Notes: generated by a model not told the origin, from the sequence alone. A stretch of DNA of 64,000 nucleotides from Promethearchaeota archaeon (GCA_016839585.1 JAEOTZ010000058.1:65792-129791), one strand, 5' to 3'. Counted from the first letter of the stretch, positions 47,701 through 58,090 are shown. Made by a program: numbers and translations.

Positions 47701-48333
47701 ATGGCTCATCGAAGACCTTGGAAATGTTATTCGAAATGGACTCGTAGACCCTATCAATACAAAAGAAGCTCAAATCGTAGGCGGGAATTTGCTCGGGGTG
47801 GAGCTCAGTCCAAAATAGTTCGTTTTTGGGGTGGAAACAAGGAAGCTCCATGGGAGTCTTTCGATTTAACGGTAGGACTTAAAGTCAACTCCCAAGTCCA
47901 GATTTCTTCAAACACGCTCGAAGCTATAAGAATTACTATAAATGGTGTTCTTCAAAGAAAACTAGGAAGACAGAATTATCGGCTTCGAATTCGTCCTAAA
48001 CCATTTCAAAAGATTCGAGAGAATCGTATGTTGGCTTTTGCTGGCGCAGATCGGGTACAATCAGGTATGAGGAATTCTTTTGGGAGATCTACGGGAGTAT
48101 GTGCCCGAGTTAGAGCAGGTCAAATTATTGTTGATGTAGGTGTTGATATCAAGAACCTTCCATTAGTAAGAGATAGACTTAGAGTAGCAAACATGAAAGT
48201 ACCAAGTTCATGTCAAATTGTTATTCTTAAGTATAAGACTCCAGAACTCTTAAAACAGTCAGGATTGCCATTATATGACGATAAAAAAAGAAAAGAAGTA
48301 CCTCTTTATGAATTAGAATTTGCGACTGCTTAA
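47701..48333 (+). CDS. rpl10e: Ribosomal protein uL16 (L10e), unusually long at 210 aa
   Basis: Carries RRPWKCY, LEAIRIT, R.RP.PFQKIRENRMLAFAGADRVQSGMR and CARV.AGQII. Confidence 0.9.
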   Translation: MAHRRPWKCYSKWTRRPYQYKRSSNRRREFARGGAQSKIVRFWGGNKEAPWESFDLTVGLKVNSQVQISSNTLEAIRITINGVLQRKLGRQNYRLRIRPKPFQKIRENRMLAFAGADRVQSGMRNSFGRSTGVCARVRAGQIIVDVGVDIKNLPLVRDRLRVANMKVPSSCQIVILKYKTPELLKQSGLPLYDDKKRKEVPLYELEFATA

Positions 48334-48347
48334 TATTTAATTACGAT

Positions 48348-49811
48348 TTATCCCCAAAATGGTTTCCAGCGATTCCATATGTCCCATCGCGGTATATTTT
48401 TTATATTATACCAGAAAGCTTTTTGTCTATATCTACTTTTTAAGATTTTATAAATTTGGCGGGATATGTAGCGGGGTCGCTGCATGAACTTTCTATGAGT
48501 TTCTTTTATACGTGCCATTAGTTCACTCAAAGGTATATTAAGAATAGCAGTACCAACTTCCCAACATTCATCAGGGTTGATTCGTTTTTCATCAACCATC
48601 TGATTCCAAATCCAATTTCCTGGAATTATGCCTAAAATATGAAATTGTGGAAAATCAATATCCAATTTAAGTGCTAAATTAAATGTATCAATTATTTCCT
48701 CGCGTGTCTCAATTGGCGCACCCACTATAAAATTTGCTAGAATAATATCAATCCCAACCTTTTTCGAATTTTTTATTGCATCATAGACTTGATTTAGTGT
48801 AATTCGTTTATTATACCAGTCTAAAACTCTTTGCGAGCCACTTTCGACGCCATAACTTATAATTTTGCAGCCCATATGTTTCATTGCAGTCAGAAGTTCC
48901 CTTGAACCCTGAGTCACCCTCCCCTCCGCCATCCAATTTAAATCTATCTTTTCCTTTCTAATTAATTGTGATAGTTCCATTAATCTTTTTTTACTTATAG
49001 TAAAATTATCATCAACCCAATACAAATTTTGATAACCTTGATTCTCGAGAAGGGAAAGTTCTTCTACTATATTTTTCGGAGATCTTGGACGCCATCTGCC
49101 CCAAAACATAGCGCTTGAGCAAAATGTACATTGAAATGCACAACCTCTTGAAGAAGAAGCAGTGGTAAAATTTCCTAGCGAAATATCAAGACCTTCTACT
49201 TCACTTTTATATTCTACCTTTCCTAATAATTTCCTATTTGGAAATGGAAGGGTGTCAATATTTTCTATGAGGGGTCTATCTTTATTTCTAATAATTCTAC
49301 CATTATTTCGATACGACACACCTCTTATATCTTCAAAGCCATGACCTTTTTCAGTTTTTTCAGCAATTTCTAAAAGAGTATTTTCCCCTTCTCCTCTAAT
49401 GCAAGCATCAATGAATGGGTACTTATTTAATATTCTGGTATCATTGAAAGTTGCGTGATAATTCCCAAATAAAATCTTAACATTCGGATTTATTTCTTCC
49501 TTTACTCTTTTAGCAATTTCTGCTGATGTAATTCCAGTTCCTGAGGTGGTTATCGTTGAAAAACCTAAAATATCTGGATCTTCTTGCTTTATCCATTTCA
49601 AAGTTTCATCAATTGAAGCTGATTGAGCGAACTGATCAAATATAGATGCCTTAAAATTATTTTCGGTTAGATAAGTCGCGAGATACAATATTCCCATTGG
49701 TGGAAATCCATAGAAATCAATTTTTTCTTTGACATATTGTTCAGCTTCTTTAACGGTACCGCAAAATATTCCTCTATCTGGGGGTTTTGGAAAAATTAAA
49801 GATACTTTCAA
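48348..49811 (-). CDS. B12-binding-domain radical SAM protein (class B-like)
   Basis: An N-terminal Rossmann-like cobalamin-type domain (DILGFSTITTSG), then GEGE, and SSSRGCAFQCTFCSS (CX3CX2C). Confidence 0.85.
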   Translation of the reverse strand: MKVSLIFPKPPDRGIFCGTVKEAEQYVKEKIDFYGFPPMGILYLATYLTENNFKASIFDQFAQSASIDETLKWIKQEDPDILGFSTITTSGTGITSAEIAKRVKEEINPNVKILFGNYHATFNDTRILNKYPFIDACIRGEGENTLLEIAEKTEKGHGFEDIRGVSYRNNGRIIRNKDRPLIENIDTLPFPNRKLLGKVEYKSEVEGLDISLGNFTTASSSRGCAFQCTFCSSAMFWGRWRPRSPKNIVEELSLLENQGYQNLYWVDDNFTISKKRLMELSQLIRKEKIDLNWMAEGRVTQGSRELLTAMKHMGCKIISYGVESGSQRVLDWYNKRITLNQVYDAIKNSKKVGIDIILANFIVGAPIETREEIIDTFNLALKLDIDFPQFHILGIIPGNWIWNQMVDEKRINPDECWEVGTAILNIPLSELMARIKETHRKFMQRPRYISRQIYKILKSRYRQKAFWYNIKNIPRWDIWNRWKPFWG

Positions 49812-50003
49812 AAAATCACTTTAAATTTGAATTAAATTTAATGGTTCTTTTAATTAAACATCATTATTTCAATTCTAGTTTAATTATATAGGTTAAATAA
49901 ATCTTAAAAATAAAATCATTTTTGATGTATATATTAGAAAAGAGATAAATGTATAATTAAAACTAATAATATCATACACAAACCTGTGAAAATGGTCTAT
50001 TAA

Positions 50004-51464
50004 ATGAAATTAATTGATAAAGAAATCCAAAAAGTAGCATTAGTAAATCCAAATTTTATTACTAAAAGCATTACAGATAAATTTACAATCCCTGCTTTAG
50101 GATTAGAATATCTTGCTGCTAATATTTTAGATTTAGCTGAAGTGAAGATAATTAATGGTAAAGTAAGGAATTTAAACCTCAAGGAAATTATGGAGGAAAT
50201 TAATGAATTTAAACCAGATATTGTTGGAATTTCATGTTGTTTAACAACAGGAGTTAATTTTGCCTTAGAAATAGCAAAAGAGTCAAAAAAACTTGGATAT
50301 TCAATCGTATTAGGGGGTTGGCATCCTAATTTTGCCCCTTCTGAAGTTTTAAAATATCCATTTGTAGATATTATTGTCCGAGGAGAGGGAGAAGTCACCT
50401 TTCGGGAATTAATCGAAAACAAAAATCTAGAAAAGATAAAAGGAATATCATATAAAAACAATGGGAGTATTATAAACAATCCAGATCGCCCATTAATCAA
50501 AGATTTAAATAAACTACCATTTCCAGCAAGGGAATTAAGAAATAAAAAGTCTTATTTTCAAATCTTTCAGATGCCTATAGATGCGATTGAGACATCAAGG
50601 GGTTGCCCATTTAAATGCACTTTCTGTAATATTCATCTTTTTTATCGAGGAACCTATAGAATAAAAAGTCCAGAACGGGTTATTCAGGAGTTAAAAATTA
50701 TTACAAATGGAAAAAAACATATAAATGTAATGATTGTGGATGATAATTTCACAACAAATATTAAAAGAGTAGAGAAAATTTGTGATTTAATAATCAAAGA
50801 AGGAATTAAAGTGGATTTAACTTGTCAAAGTCGCATTGATGTTATAAAAAAGAATCCAAATGTAATCAAAAAAATGTCTAAAGCAGGGTTTTGGTGTTTT
50901 TTCCTTGGTATTGAATCATTTAATCAAAAATCTTTAAATAGTATTCAGAAAAGAGTTCAATTCCGAGATATTTTTGAAGCAATTAAAATACTTCATGATA
51001 ATGATATAGTAATAATTGGCAGTATGTTGGTAGGTTCAAATCTTGATGAGGAAGAGAAAGATACTGATCTAATGATAAAAGTTGTCAAAAAATTAGGAAT
51101 AGATTTTCCATTATATTCCGTAATGACACCTTTACTAGGTACGAAATTCAGAGATATCCTAATTGAAAAAAATTATCTTGTATCTCATAATTGGAGTGAA
51201 TACAATTTTACCACAGCAGTAAATCGATTAAATAAACTATCAAAGGAAAAGCTAGACCAACTTTTATCTAAGGCATATTATTATGGATATTTTCATAGGG
51301 GTTGGAAAGATACTTTAATGAGATTATATAGGAAAAAAGGAATTAAAATATTTTTAAATACAAGAAAATTTAAAGCTCTTAAGGATATTTTAGGTTTATT
51401 TAGAAATATTAGAAGAATGAAAAATGAAATAGATTCAATATCCCCTACCATAAAATTTAATTGA
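50004..51464 (+). CDS. B12-binding-domain radical SAM protein (paralog, divergent)
   Basis: Carries DIVGISCCLTTG, GEGE and ETSRGCPFKCTFCNI. It is colinear with 48348..49811. Confidence 0.85.
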   Translation: MKLIDKEIQKVALVNPNFITKSITDKFTIPALGLEYLAANILDLAEVKIINGKVRNLNLKEIMEEINEFKPDIVGISCCLTTGVNFALEIAKESKKLGYSIVLGGWHPNFAPSEVLKYPFVDIIVRGEGEVTFRELIENKNLEKIKGISYKNNGSIINNPDRPLIKDLNKLPFPARELRNKKSYFQIFQMPIDAIETSRGCPFKCTFCNIHLFYRGTYRIKSPERVIQELKIITNGKKHINVMIVDDNFTTNIKRVEKICDLIIKEGIKVDLTCQSRIDVIKKNPNVIKKMSKAGFWCFFLGIESFNQKSLNSIQKRVQFRDIFEAIKILHDNDIVIIGSMLVGSNLDEEEKDTDLMIKVVKKLGIDFPLYSVMTPLLGTKFRDILIEKNYLVSHNWSEYNFTTAVNRLNKLSKEKLDQLLSKAYYYGYFHRGWKDTLMRLYRKKGIKIFLNTRKFKALKDILGLFRNIRRMKNEIDSISPTIKFN

Positions 51465-52672
51465 AATTCCAAATTTTCAACAACAATTCCAATCCTTTCT
51501 ATAAACTACTTAATATTGCAATGTTAAGTATTAAACATAAATCGAAAAAACAATCTTTTCAATTACCAATATCGGGATATTTGGGATATTTTATAACTAA
51601 ATTTTTTCATTTTTATAAACCGATTACTTTAATTCATGAGAGATTTGAAACTATAACCTTATTTAATGAAATTAGTAAAATAAAAATAGATAAGCCTGTT
51701 TATATTACGGGTCTCGCTCGCGCAGGAACAACAATTGTATTGGAAATGTTAAGTAAGCACCCCGATTTAGCAACCCATCAATATAAGCATCTTCTTATAC
51801 CATATTTCCCCTATTGGATGTATAAAATTACTAATAAGGTTAGAATTTATTCAAAACCTACTAAAAGGATCCACAACGATGGTATTATGATTACGCGTGA
51901 TAGTCCTGAAGCAGTAGAGGAGATTTTCTGGAGAAAATATTTTAAGCATATAAGTATTGAAAATTCTTCACATATACTAAATGGGAACACTATAAACCCC
52001 AAATTTGAGAACTTTTATCCAAATCATATGCGGAAGCTTCTAATTGCCCAAATGCGTTCTCGGTATCTAGCAAAAAACAATTACAATGTCACCAGATTGG
52101 AGTATTTGCTAAGAATTTTCCCATCAGCTAAATTCTTGTTAATTATTCGCAACCCAGTAAATCATATTGCTTCATTAATTAAGCAAACAAAACTTTTCAT
52201 GAAGATGGAAAAACAAATACCTTTTTTGCTAGATTGGTTGAAAATCCTAGGGCACCGAGAATTTGGTCATAATAGCATTTGTATTAATGTAAATAATACC
52301 GAATTAATTCATAAAATTCGTAAATTGTGGAGCAATAAAAAAACATATGTAAAAGGATGGGCTTATTATTGGGCGTCGATTTACGATTTTATTGCCAATA
52401 GTCTTGAAGAAAATAAAAAACTCAGAAGTGCAACCTTTACAGTTGATTACAATAAATTATGTGAGAAACCAGCAGATACTATTGATAGAATACTTGAACA
52501 TACTGAACTACCCTTAAGTAAATTTCTGAAAGTTAGAGAATATTATATTAATCATTTACATAAACCCACCTATTATTCTCCCGATTTTTCTGAACAAGAA
52601 CTCTCAGATATTTATGAGGTTACAAAGGACACAGCTTCTCGATTTGGATTAAAAATTCCTTTAGGCAATTAA
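51461..52672 (+). CDS. Sulfotransferase-family protein
   Basis: 5'-PSB-like ITGLARAGTTIV and 3'-PB-like LLIIRNPVNHIASL. The TTG start overlaps the rSAM stop by 4 nt. Confidence 0.7.
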   Translation: MKFQIFNNNSNPFYKLLNIAMLSIKHKSKKQSFQLPISGYLGYFITKFFHFYKPITLIHERFETITLFNEISKIKIDKPVYITGLARAGTTIVLEMLSKHPDLATHQYKHLLIPYFPYWMYKITNKVRIYSKPTKRIHNDGIMITRDSPEAVEEIFWRKYFKHISIENSSHILNGNTINPKFENFYPNHMRKLLIAQMRSRYLAKNNYNVTRLEYLLRIFPSAKFLLIIRNPVNHIASLIKQTKLFMKMEKQIPFLLDWLKILGHREFGHNSICINVNNTELIHKIRKLWSNKKTYVKGWAYYWASIYDFIANSLEENKKLRSATFTVDYNKLCEKPADTIDRILEHTELPLSKFLKVREYYINHLHKPTYYSPDFSEQELSDIYEVTKDTASRFGLKIPLGN

Positions 52673-53407
52673 CTGTCTTAAAGTTATAAATTCCCATTTT
52701 TTAACTAGAGATTCCACAATAAAACCACGTAATGTTTCTAAAAATGTATCTCCTGTATGAAGCCAACGATCTAGTCTAAATAAAATATTTTTTACTGTTT
52801 CAAATTTACTGGCATGCTTACGAATTAAATTTTTCATATTTATTGCCTCATAAGGATGAAAATATAAAATAAGTAAATCCGTCTTAAAGATCTTCCGTTT
52901 GAGAAAAGGATAAGGCAATCTCAAATAGATACTATATTTTGAAGGGTGAAATTCTTGAATTTTATTGCTATCCCTTTGATAATGTGATAATTTTTTGGGT
53001 GATCCAATCGAAGAATCGTACCTAAAACCTAAATTACTTAGTATTTCAAATAAAAATTTTGGTGGTTTTAAATAAGGAGCTCGAAAACCAATAATCTCTG
53101 AATTTTGACAAGTTTCTTCTAGAACCTTTTTATTCTGATAAATTATATCTTGGCATTTAATAAAATCTAATTGATTTAAGCGTTCATGATATAAACCGTG
53201 GCAAGCAATTTCATGACCTTTTTGCTCAATTAGTCTTATATACTCTGGTAGATGCTCAACAACATTTCCAGTACAAAAAAAAGTCCCCTTGACATTGAAA
53301 TTATCTAAGATATCCAATATTTTCAATAATCCAATTTCCACGCCGAAATAGGTATCCAAAACATTAGGAAGATCCCTCTCAATATCAAAAGTCAGTGCAA
53401 TCTTCAT
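52661..53407 (-). CDS. Polysaccharide deacetylase (CE4/NodB-homology, TFDxE subtype)
   Basis: Carries ALTFDIERD, GTFFCTG and GHEIACHGLYH. There is a 12-nt convergent overlap with the sulfotransferase gene. Confidence 0.7.
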   Translation of the reverse strand: MKIALTFDIERDLPNVLDTYFGVEIGLLKILDILDNFNVKGTFFCTGNVVEHLPEYIRLIEQKGHEIACHGLYHERLNQLDFIKCQDIIYQNKKVLEETCQNSEIIGFRAPYLKPPKFLFEILSNLGFRYDSSIGSPKKLSHYQRDSNKIQEFHPSKYSIYLRLPYPFLKRKIFKTDLLILYFHPYEAINMKNLIRKHASKFETVKNILFRLDRWLHTGDTFLETLRGFIVESLVKKWEFITLRQLIA

Positions 53408-53538
53408 TATTTACGCAGTAATCTTTAAGATATAAAATAAACTAATTTTATTTTTATTAAATTTTATTTAAAGGCACAAAACTGAAAAATTTAATATTAA
53501 TTTCAATATTTAATTTCAGAAAAGTAGATTAAAAAACA

Positions 53539-54654
53539 ATGCGAGTGTTAATATTAGGTGCTGGGATTACTGGTTGTACATTGGGAAGACTGATGAAAGA
53601 TAAGGATTATCATATTTCAATTAAGGAAAAACAAGATCACATTGGTGGATTATGTTATACAAAGACAAGTCCTAATGGAATTCTATATGAACCCTATGGT
53701 GGACATGCATTTCACACTAAAGATAGTCGTATTAAAAAGTTTGTTCTTAATTTCTCAGAGTTTAATAATTATATTCACAAAAAGGGAATTTTTATCAATG
53801 GTGTATTACGTCATTTTCCTCTCAGTAGGAAAACTATTTTTGAGATGGAAAGAAGTGATAAAATTCTCAAGGAATTAGAAAAACGACCAATCACTCCTGA
53901 TTTTACTAATTTTGAAACTTTCGCAATTTCTCAATTTGGTAATACTTTATATAAATTATTTATATATAATTATTCTAAGAAAATGTGGGGTGTAGAACCC
54001 AAAGAATTAACAACCGAATATATCCAAAATCGTATTACACTGAAAGACTCTAATACTCAGTTATTTGAAGATAATTTTCAAGGACTACCGGTTAAAGGAT
54101 ATACAAAATTCCTTAGAAATATGATACATGACATCCCCATTGAATTAAATACTAGTGAATTTGACGAGTCTTTGTATGATCTCATTATATACTCAGGTCG
54201 AATAGATGAACTATTTAAATTTAAATTTGGAATTTTACATTTTAGGTCTTTACGATTTGATTATAAGGAAAATGATGTTTGGGAAAATGATAATTATGGT
54301 ACAATTAACCTTCCTCAACATGCGAAATATATACGAAAAGTAAATTTTAAAATTATGTATCAACAGAAAATAAATAAATCATGGACCCAATATCAAGAAC
54401 CGATATCATTCTATAATAATATGCCAATGTATCCAATATATACTAAACAAAATATCGAATTATTTGATAGATATCTTATTGAAGCTTGCAAGTCTAATAA
54501 AATTATTCCCGTTGGTCGTTTGGGATTATACAAATATTTAGAAATGGGTCAAGCTATTTCTTTAGCAATGAATATGATTCTTTTAATAGAAAAATGGAAA
54601 AAATTAAGCCCTAAAAATAGATATCTTGAAATTAAGAAGCTATTAAATAATTAA
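53539..54654 (+). CDS. glf: UDP-galactopyranose mutase
   Basis: Carries VLILGAGITGC, DHIGGLCYT, GGHAFHT and VGRLGLYKYLEMGQAI. Confidence 0.8.
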   Translation: MRVLILGAGITGCTLGRLMKDKDYHISIKEKQDHIGGLCYTKTSPNGILYEPYGGHAFHTKDSRIKKFVLNFSEFNNYIHKKGIFINGVLRHFPLSRKTIFEMERSDKILKELEKRPITPDFTNFETFAISQFGNTLYKLFIYNYSKKMWGVEPKELTTEYIQNRITLKDSNTQLFEDNFQGLPVKGYTKFLRNMIHDIPIELNTSEFDESLYDLIIYSGRIDELFKFKFGILHFRSLRFDYKENDVWENDNYGTINLPQHAKYIRKVNFKIMYQQKINKSWTQYQEPISFYNNMPMYPIYTKQNIELFDRYLIEACKSNKIIPVGRLGLYKYLEMGQAISLAMNMILLIEKWKKLSPKNRYLEIKKLLNN

Positions 54655-54669
54655 TAAGTCTAATTCTAG

Positions 54670-55479
54670 CTATGATTGTTTCTTCCAATTAATATCTTTT
54701 GCTAAATTATAAAAAATGTCTTTTTTTGAATGGTATTGGACAACACGTCCTAAACTACGACGAGTGCTTAAATATCTTCCACTTGTTAACACTGAACTAA
54801 AATTTAGATTTTTAATTTTACCCTTTTTCATTAATCTACTTAGATATATTAATGAATCTGAGAATACCTTGTCAATTCCCATTAAATTTGGCGGTAGTTG
54901 CTTAAATCCACCAACTTTAAAAAATATATCTCTTCTAACAATTATATTGCATCCTATAAGTTCAGGATATCCAAGTAAAGTTTTAAAAAAATACCATAAG
55001 TGCATACTAAAGTTAAGAAAAAAATAGATTGTTATAGTAAATATCTGGGAACCCAAATTAAATGTAATGGCTCTTCCATCATAATATTTAACTCTGGCAC
55101 TACAAGCAAAAAGATTTTTATGTTTCTCAAAGATTCTATAGACTTTTTGTAAGAAATATGGATCTATTAACGTATCTGCATCTAAAAATACAAGTAAATC
55201 ACCAGAAGTTTTAGGTACAACAAAATTTAATTGAAATGACTTACCTCTTTTTGGTGAAATATACACTTTCGCATAATCTTTTGCTATAGAAACGGTTTTA
55301 TCAGAGCTTTGTCCATCAACTACAATAATTTCATAAGGAACTATGCATTTTTGCTTTTTAACTGCTATTAAAGTTCTTTTTATATTAATCTCTTCATTAT
55401 ATGTGGGTATGACAACTGATATTTTAGCGGTTTTCATTTTGCTATTTCTAAGTAGATTGAAATTTAATTTTTGATTCAT
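54670..55479 (-). CDS. Family 2 glycosyltransferase
   Basis: Carries ISVVIPTYNEE, IIVVDGQSSD and FLDADT. The real start may be the internal MKTAKISVV. Confidence 0.8.
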   Translation of the reverse strand: MNQKLNFNLLRNSKMKTAKISVVIPTYNEEINIKRTLIAVKKQKCIVPYEIIVVDGQSSDKTVSIAKDYAKVYISPKRGKSFQLNFVVPKTSGDLLVFLDADTLIDPYFLQKVYRIFEKHKNLFACSARVKYYDGRAITFNLGSQIFTITIYFFLNFSMHLWYFFKTLLGYPELIGCNIIVRRDIFFKVGGFKQLPPNLMGIDKVFSDSLIYLSRLMKKGKIKNLNFSSVLTSGRYLSTRRSLGRVVQYHSKKDIFYNLAKDINWKKQS

Positions 55480-55572
55480 TCACTTAGGGATAGTTATTAT
55501 AATATGATTTTTTAATATTCTATAAAAGAATTAAATATATTAAAAAAAATTAATTGATTTTAGAATAAGAAA

Positions 55573-56688
55573 ATGTCAAAAGTCTCAAATAAAATGAAAT
55601 TTTTCACGATAGGATTCATATTTTCATTTATTTTCTTATTGCTAAGTTCTACAGTTATCATTTTATTTATAATTTCTCGATTATGGTTTTCAATTCCATG
55701 GATTGATAAAATTTATAACTATATAGCACCATTGTTATCATTATTTTTCTATGAATATAATTTATACGTCTATAGTGGATTTTTAATTGCCTTTGTGGTT
55801 TTACTTCCATTATTTGTCTTAGGTTATAACATAGCAAAAACGAAGCAATTGTTTGGTTCAATAATGTTTATTTTTAGCTTATTAGGATTTGTAGTAATTA
55901 TTTTTATAGGATCTTATTATGTCTATTTTAGTATCTTATTTAATCAAGATCTAACTCTTAATACCCGATTAATGTTATTTTTACTCTTTTTACCTATTAA
56001 TTTTACTCTCAGTTTAGTCCTCTTCCAAGTAAATATAGACTTTTTCATTTTTTTAAAGGATTTGATTAAAGCAAGGAAAATTTGGAAGAGCAAAAGGCCT
56101 AAATTTGAAATTGAAGTCAAAGGTAAAATAACTAATATTAATATAGATACAGATGAACACATTTTCACTCCTGTACCAATGTTAATTATCGCAAAATATC
56201 TTCGGAGCGAAGGTTATTCTGTTTCATGGTTTGTAAAAGGTGCCTTTAATCATTTATTTTCCTTACTAATTTCATATTTAAGTGGGTGGCCACGAGCTAG
56301 AAATATGTTATTTCGATTAATCGGAATGAAAATAGGAAAAAATTGCCATATTTCTCAAAAAACAATACCTGACCCACTTTTACCTGAATTAATAGAATTT
56401 GAAGATGGGAGTGGGTGTGGGATTGGTGTGAAATTATTAACTCATAATGCAATGAATATAAAGCATGGAACTTTTAGTTTTGCTCCTATTAAAATATGTA
56501 AAAATGCTAGAATAGGGGCATATTCAGTAATACTACCTGGAGTTACAGTTGGTAGGGGATCAATTATTGGTGCTAGCTCAGTAGTAGCAGAGGATATACC
56601 ACCATATTCTATCGCATATGGTTCTCCTGCTAAAGTTATGAGAAAATTAACAGAATTTGAAAAGGAACAGGTAAATAAAAGTTACTAG
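55573..56688 (+). CDS. Polytopic membrane domain fused to a left-handed beta-helix (hexapeptide) acyl/acetyltransferase
   Basis: About 170 aa of TM helices, then hexapeptide repeats IGAYSVILPGVTVGRGSIIGASSVVAEDIPPYSIAYGSPAKV. Confidence 0.75.
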   Translation: MSKVSNKMKFFTIGFIFSFIFLLLSSTVIILFIISRLWFSIPWIDKIYNYIAPLLSLFFYEYNLYVYSGFLIAFVVLLPLFVLGYNIAKTKQLFGSIMFIFSLLGFVVIIFIGSYYVYFSILFNQDLTLNTRLMLFLLFLPINFTLSLVLFQVNIDFFIFLKDLIKARKIWKSKRPKFEIEVKGKITNINIDTDEHIFTPVPMLIIAKYLRSEGYSVSWFVKGAFNHLFSLLISYLSGWPRARNMLFRLIGMKIGKNCHISQKTIPDPLLPELIEFEDGSGCGIGVKLLTHNAMNIKHGTFSFAPIKICKNARIGAYSVILPGVTVGRGSIIGASSVVAEDIPPYSIAYGSPAKVMRKLTEFEKEQVNKSY

Positions 56689-56790
56689 ATTACTTCTTAA
56701 AAAAAATTTTAGGTGAGAACGTAGTAAACTACTAATTTTTATAATAATCATAAGTATAAAATTTATTAATTAAATAAAATAAATCATATA

Positions 56791-57990
56791 ATGGGAATTA
56801 GTATGGTCTCCGAAATAATGCTTATTGATTTAAGAAGTGAAGTAGAAGCAACTTCTAATGAATGTAAACTATATAAACAAATCTGTGAAGAAAAAGAATA
56901 CGATTTTGATCAGACCATCAAAGGATCAAATCTTGATGAAGTACCTTATGTAAATTGGAATTACTTTAAAGAATCAAATAAAAAATTTCAGGAATTATTA
57001 CGAATTCCTTATAATAAATTATCATATTGGACAATTAGTTCATCCACGTCCGGAGATCCAAGTTTAGTAGGGAGAGGTGCCGAAGACATTGAAGTATTTA
57101 AGAATAATTATAGAAAAGTATTTGAAGAATATTCAAGAATGCGTTCAATTAAACGTTTAATCTTATTTGCTCCATCAATTGAATTTATGAATAAAATGCC
57201 AGGGAGCTGGTTAGGAAAACGAGGTTTTCTTTTTTATCGAGATATTACAGATATTTGGAAAAATTATGAGATAGATTTTTTATTGAAATTTAAAGTTTGG
57301 AAGGTTCTTCTCTACTTAATTACTCATTTTAAGGCAAAAGCATTTATCGAAATAAATGGAAAACTGATGGTAAAAATTCTTAAAGAGGTAGAACACCAGA
57401 AAATTCCTACATTGATTGCTAATTCAGTTCCTCTAATGTACCAAAATTTTGTAGATTATTATAAGAAGCATAAAAAAGGTTTTAATATGCCTGAAACTTT
57501 CAGGATTCAACTTGGAGGGGGAGGATGGAACGGTATAAAAGGTAGAATAAGACTTGAGCATAAAATAAATAAAGTGGACTTTATGGAAAAGATGTCTAGT
57601 TTATTCAACATCCCTTATGATAATATTACAGATAATTATGGTGCAACTGAAGTTCCAATTGCCTGTGGTGGTCATTGGAGTAAAAATTATGAGGATTTTC
57701 TATTTCATATTGATAAAGATGATGCTCATATAATCATCCGTGATATAGATACTCTCGAAAGTATAAAAAAAACAAATGAACCTGGTATAATTGAGGTATT
57801 AACCCCTTACGGTGTTAAATCCTATGCAGGTGTTGCTGTCATGCTTGATGATATAGTTGAAATAGTAAATTTTAACAAATGTGTTGAATGTGGTAGAGAA
57901 GGAATAGTATTTAGAATAACGGGAAGAATGACACCAGAAATTGGAAAAGGATGTAGTTCTTTTACGAATTTGTTCCCTTTTAAATCATAA
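56791..57990 (+). CDS. LuxE-type acyl-protein synthetase-like adenylate-forming enzyme
   Basis: Carries ISSSTSGDPS (a degenerate P-loop), QLGGGGWNGIKGR, YGATE, CVECGREGIVFRITGR, and a conserved Cys 12 residues from the C-terminus (GKGCSS). Confidence 0.6.
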   Translation: MGISMVSEIMLIDLRSEVEATSNECKLYKQICEEKEYDFDQTIKGSNLDEVPYVNWNYFKESNKKFQELLRIPYNKLSYWTISSSTSGDPSLVGRGAEDIEVFKNNYRKVFEEYSRMRSIKRLILFAPSIEFMNKMPGSWLGKRGFLFYRDITDIWKNYEIDFLLKFKVWKVLLYLITHFKAKAFIEINGKLMVKILKEVEHQKIPTLIANSVPLMYQNFVDYYKKHKKGFNMPETFRIQLGGGGWNGIKGRIRLEHKINKVDFMEKMSSLFNIPYDNITDNYGATEVPIACGGHWSKNYEDFLFHIDKDDAHIIIRDIDTLESIKKTNEPGIIEVLTPYGVKSYAGVAVMLDDIVEIVNFNKCVECGREGIVFRITGRMTPEIGKGCSSFTNLFPFKS

Positions 57991-58090
57991 ATTCCTAAAA
58001 GCTTTTTTTTAATATAACTTCAATTAAAAATATAAATAGATCAATATCTAAATTTATAATCTAATAATTAATTCATTAAAAGGAATCAAG

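Noticed and set aside
47115-47851. Minus-strand ORFs 47115..47351 and 47666..47851
   Set aside because: They overlap the SRPBCC gene and the L10e gene respectively, and they have no features of their own.
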